DNA from: Vulcanimicrobiota bacterium
Lineage (GTDB): Bacteria > Vulcanimicrobiota > Vulcanimicrobiia > Vulcanimicrobiales > Vulcanimicrobiaceae
DNA length: 30,224 bases
NCBI GenBank assembly: GCA_003135555.1
Contig: PLCF01000016.1
Span: 936-31,159 of the forward strand
Direction of reading: 5' to 3'
A model generated the notes under the pieces. That model was given only the letters and a program-made list of their open reading frames with translations. It made no database searches and was not told the DNA's origin. Numbering within the stretch: position 1 is the stretch's first letter; the number at the start of each line of letters is the position of its first letter. Below, one piece after another: positions 27,680 through 30,224 of this stretch. The translations under genes and the position numbers were made by a program.

Positions 27680-29773
27680 TTGAAACTGACGATGACTCCC
27701 CGTGACGGCGTCGCGATCCTCACGATCGACAACCCGCCCGTCAACGCGCTCGGCCCGCGCTCGATCGAGCCGCTGCTGGCGTCCCTCGCGGCGGCCCTGG
27801 CCGACCCGGGGGTCCACGCGCTGGTCCTCACGGGGGCCGGGGGCAACTTCAGCGGCGGCGCGGACATGCGCGGATTCGGGCAGGCCCCGCCGCCCCGCCC
27901 CAGCGCGCGCGACCTGATCGACGCCCTCGAGGCGTCGTCCAAGCCGATCGTCGCGGCGCTCGAGGGCAACGTGATGGGGGGCGGTCTGGAGGTCGCCCTG
28001 GCCTGCGACTACCGCGTCGCAGCCCCGGGGATCCGGCTCGCGTTCCCCGAGATCAAGCGGGGCCTACTCCCGGGAGCCGGCGGCACGCAGCGCGCGCCGC
28101 GCTTGGCCGGCGCAAAGGCCGCGCTCGAGCTGATCCTGAGCGGCGATCCGATCGGCGGCGCTGCGGCCCGGGCGATCGGCCTGGTGGACGCGGTCGCCGA
28201 ATCGAACCCGCTCGACGCCGCGGTCGCGCACGCGGCGACGCTGGCCGGCGGCCCGCGGCGGCGGGTCAGCGAGTTCGCGGCGCCGCCCGACGACGGCGCG
28301 ATCGACGCGGCGCGCAAACGGGCGCAGCCCGAGGCCCGCGGCGGCTTGGCCGAGCAGCGTGCCATCGACTGCGTCGCCGACGCGCTGAGCTTGCCGTTCG
28401 CGGCCGGCCTGGCGCGCGAGCGCGAGCGCTTCGTCGAGCTGCTCGGGTCGGAGCAGTCCAAGGCGCGCCTGGCGCTGTTCTTCGCCGAGCGCGAGGCCGC
28501 CAAACCGCCCGCGGGGAGTACGCTCCCGGCCCCGGTGCGCACCGCCACGGTGATCGGCGGCGGCACGATGGGGACCGGGATCGCGATGGCCTGCGCCAAC
28601 GCCGGCATCGCGGTGACGCTGGTCGACCTGCAACCCGACGCGGTCGAACGGGCGCGCGGGATCATCGCCGGCAACTACGCGGCGACGCAGCGCAAGGGCA
28701 AGTTGAGCCAGGCCGAGATGGATGCGCGCCTGGCGCGGATCGCCTACGCGACCTCGCTCGACGCGGCCGCCGGGGTCGACCTCGTCATCGAAGCGGTGTT
28801 CGAAGAGATGCCGGTCAAGCAGGACGTGTTCCGCAGCCTCGACCGCATCGCGCGACCCGGGACGCTGCTGGCGACGAATACCTCGACGCTCGACGTCGAT
28901 GCGATCGCCGCCGTCACGCAGCGTCCGCAGGACGTGGTCGGGATGCATTTCTTCAGCCCGGCCAACGTGATGAAGCTGCTCGAGATCGTGCGCGGCGCGC
29001 GCAGTTCCGCGGAGACGATCGCGCGGGCGCTCGCGATCGCCAAGCAGCTGGGGAAAGTCGGCGTCGTCGCCGGCAACTGCGACGGCTTCATCGGCAACCG
29101 GATGCTGCACCCCTACGGCCGCGAAGCGGCGTTTCTGCTCGAAGAGGGCGCGTCGCCCGAGCAGGTCGACCGCGTCATCCGCGACTTCGGTTTTCCGATG
29201 GGGCCGTTCGCGATGGGCGACCTCGCCGGACTCGACGTCGGCTGGCGCATCCGGCGGGCGCGCAACGCTCAGGCGCCGCCCGAGGGGCGTTACTCCAAGA
29301 TCGCCGACGAGCTGTGCGAAGTCGGGCGCTTTGGTCAGAAGACGGGGTCTGGTTACTATCGCTACGATCCCGGCAGCCGCGTCCCGCTCCCCGACCCGTT
29401 CGTCGACACGGTGATCGAGCGCAATGCGCGCGCGGCCGGGTTCGAGCGCCGCCCGATCGGCGACGACGAGATCCTCAAGCGCTGCATGTACTTGCTGGTC
29501 AACGAGGCCGCGAAGATTCTGGCCGAGGGGATCGCCGCGCGTCCGGGCGACGTCGACGTCGTGTGGGTGTACGGCTATGCGTTCCCGGCGTTCCGCGGCG
29601 GGCCGCTGCGCTGGGCCGACTCGGTCGGTTTGAAGAACATCGTCGCCGACATGCTGGAGTTCGAACGCGTCCACGGCGCGCGCTGGACGCCGGCGCCGCT
29701 GTTGCGTGAGCTCGCTGCCGCCGGCGCCACGTTCGCCGCGTGGACGCCGTCGAAGGATGTCGCGCATGCGTGA
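27680..29773 (+). CDS. Bifunctional enoyl-CoA hydratase / 3-hydroxyacyl-CoA dehydrogenase (FadB/PimF-like)
   Basis: NPPVNAL, FSGGAD, GGGLEVAL, PEIKRGLLPGAGGTQR, GGGTMG, IEAVFE, TNTSTL, GMHFFSPA, GFIGNRM, MGPF, GQKTG. Confidence 0.95.
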   Translation: MKLTMTPRDGVAILTIDNPPVNALGPRSIEPLLASLAAALADPGVHALVLTGAGGNFSGGADMRGFGQAPPPRPSARDLIDALEASSKPIVAALEGNVMGGGLEVALACDYRVAAPGIRLAFPEIKRGLLPGAGGTQRAPRLAGAKAALELILSGDPIGGAAARAIGLVDAVAESNPLDAAVAHAATLAGGPRRRVSEFAAPPDDGAIDAARKRAQPEARGGLAEQRAIDCVADALSLPFAAGLARERERFVELLGSEQSKARLALFFAEREAAKPPAGSTLPAPVRTATVIGGGTMGTGIAMACANAGIAVTLVDLQPDAVERARGIIAGNYAATQRKGKLSQAEMDARLARIAYATSLDAAAGVDLVIEAVFEEMPVKQDVFRSLDRIARPGTLLATNTSTLDVDAIAAVTQRPQDVVGMHFFSPANVMKLLEIVRGARSSAETIARALAIAKQLGKVGVVAGNCDGFIGNRMLHPYGREAAFLLEEGASPEQVDRVIRDFGFPMGPFAMGDLAGLDVGWRIRRARNAQAPPEGRYSKIADELCEVGRFGQKTGSGYYRYDPGSRVPLPDPFVDTVIERNARAAGFERRPIGDDEILKRCMYLLVNEAAKILAEGIAARPGDVDVVWVYGYAFPAFRGGPLRWADSVGLKNIVADMLEFERVHGARWTPAPLLRELAAAGATFAAWTPSKDVAHA

Positions 29774-30224
29774 AGCGGTCGTCGTCTCGACGGCGCGCAC
29801 GCCGATCGGCAGAGCCTTTCGCGGGGCCTTCAACGACACGCACGGCGCGACCATGGGCGGTCACGTCATCGATCACGCGGTCCGCCGCAGCGGGCTCGAT
29901 CCCGCCGAGATCGAGGACGTCATCCTGGGCTGCGCCGAGCCCGAAGGCGCCACCGGGCACAACATCGCCCGGATCGCCGCGATCCGGGCCGGGTTGCCGG
30001 TCACGACGGCGGGCACCACGATCAACCGGTTCTGCAGCTCGGGTCTGCAGGCGATCGCCTTCGCCGCGCAGCGCGTCATCGTCGACGGGGTCCCGGCGCT
30101 CGTCGCCGGCGGGCTCGAATCGATCAGCCTCGTGCAGCCGACCGCGAACCGCAGCCACGCGCGCGAAGACTACCTCGCCGAGCACAAGCCCGACCTGTGG
30201 ATGTCGATGATCGAGACCGCCGAC
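29766..30224 (+). CDS. Acetyl-CoA C-acyltransferase (thiolase, PimB-like), 3'-truncated by the window edge
   Basis: Absent from the ORF track. ATG 29766 reads MREAVVVSTARTPIGRAFRG...EDVILGC...GHNIAR...TINRFCSSGLQAI (catalytic Cys)...AGGLESIS. Confidence 0.95.
   Translation, partial: MREAVVVSTARTPIGRAFRGAFNDTHGATMGGHVIDHAVRRSGLDPAEIEDVILGCAEPEGATGHNIARIAAIRAGLPVTTAGTTINRFCSSGLQAIAFAAQRVIVDGVPALVAGGLESISLVQPTANRSHAREDYLAEHKPDLWMSMIETAD

Overview
High-GC bacterial chromosomal window; the gene style resembles Ca. Eremiobacterota/Vulcanimicrobiota, but that is a low-confidence impression. From left to right: the 3' end of groEL; a Tat-type MBL hydrolase; a lipoprotein; a DsbA-like/tag/SDR operon; a papain-family peptidase; a Tat amidohydrolase; a MalT-like/BTAD regulator; an hsp20-lon operon with a CIRCE operator; a small HExxH protein; an EamA transporter; a low-GC TPR-gene insert; a selD-hypothetical-solA operon divergent from a class-V aminotransferase; a liv-type ABC transporter; a predicted outer-membrane beta-barrel; and the start of a fadB/pimF-thiolase beta-oxidation operon. 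Signals not captured by the ORF track: (1) selD is a selenoprotein gene, with an in-frame UGA in C-A-G-U-A-S-K followed by SECIS-like hairpins, so the track truncates it; (2) the low-GC TPR gene is bracketed by two related, degenerate attC-like sites, resembling a stranded integron cassette, and is preceded by a diverged 72-bp copy of part of the EamA gene; (3) several long structured intergenic elements, two of which pair with the downstream Shine-Dalgarno; (4) a REP-like TTGTCRYCCTGA motif at three convergent gene ends. All calls come from reading the sequence by eye; no searches were run.
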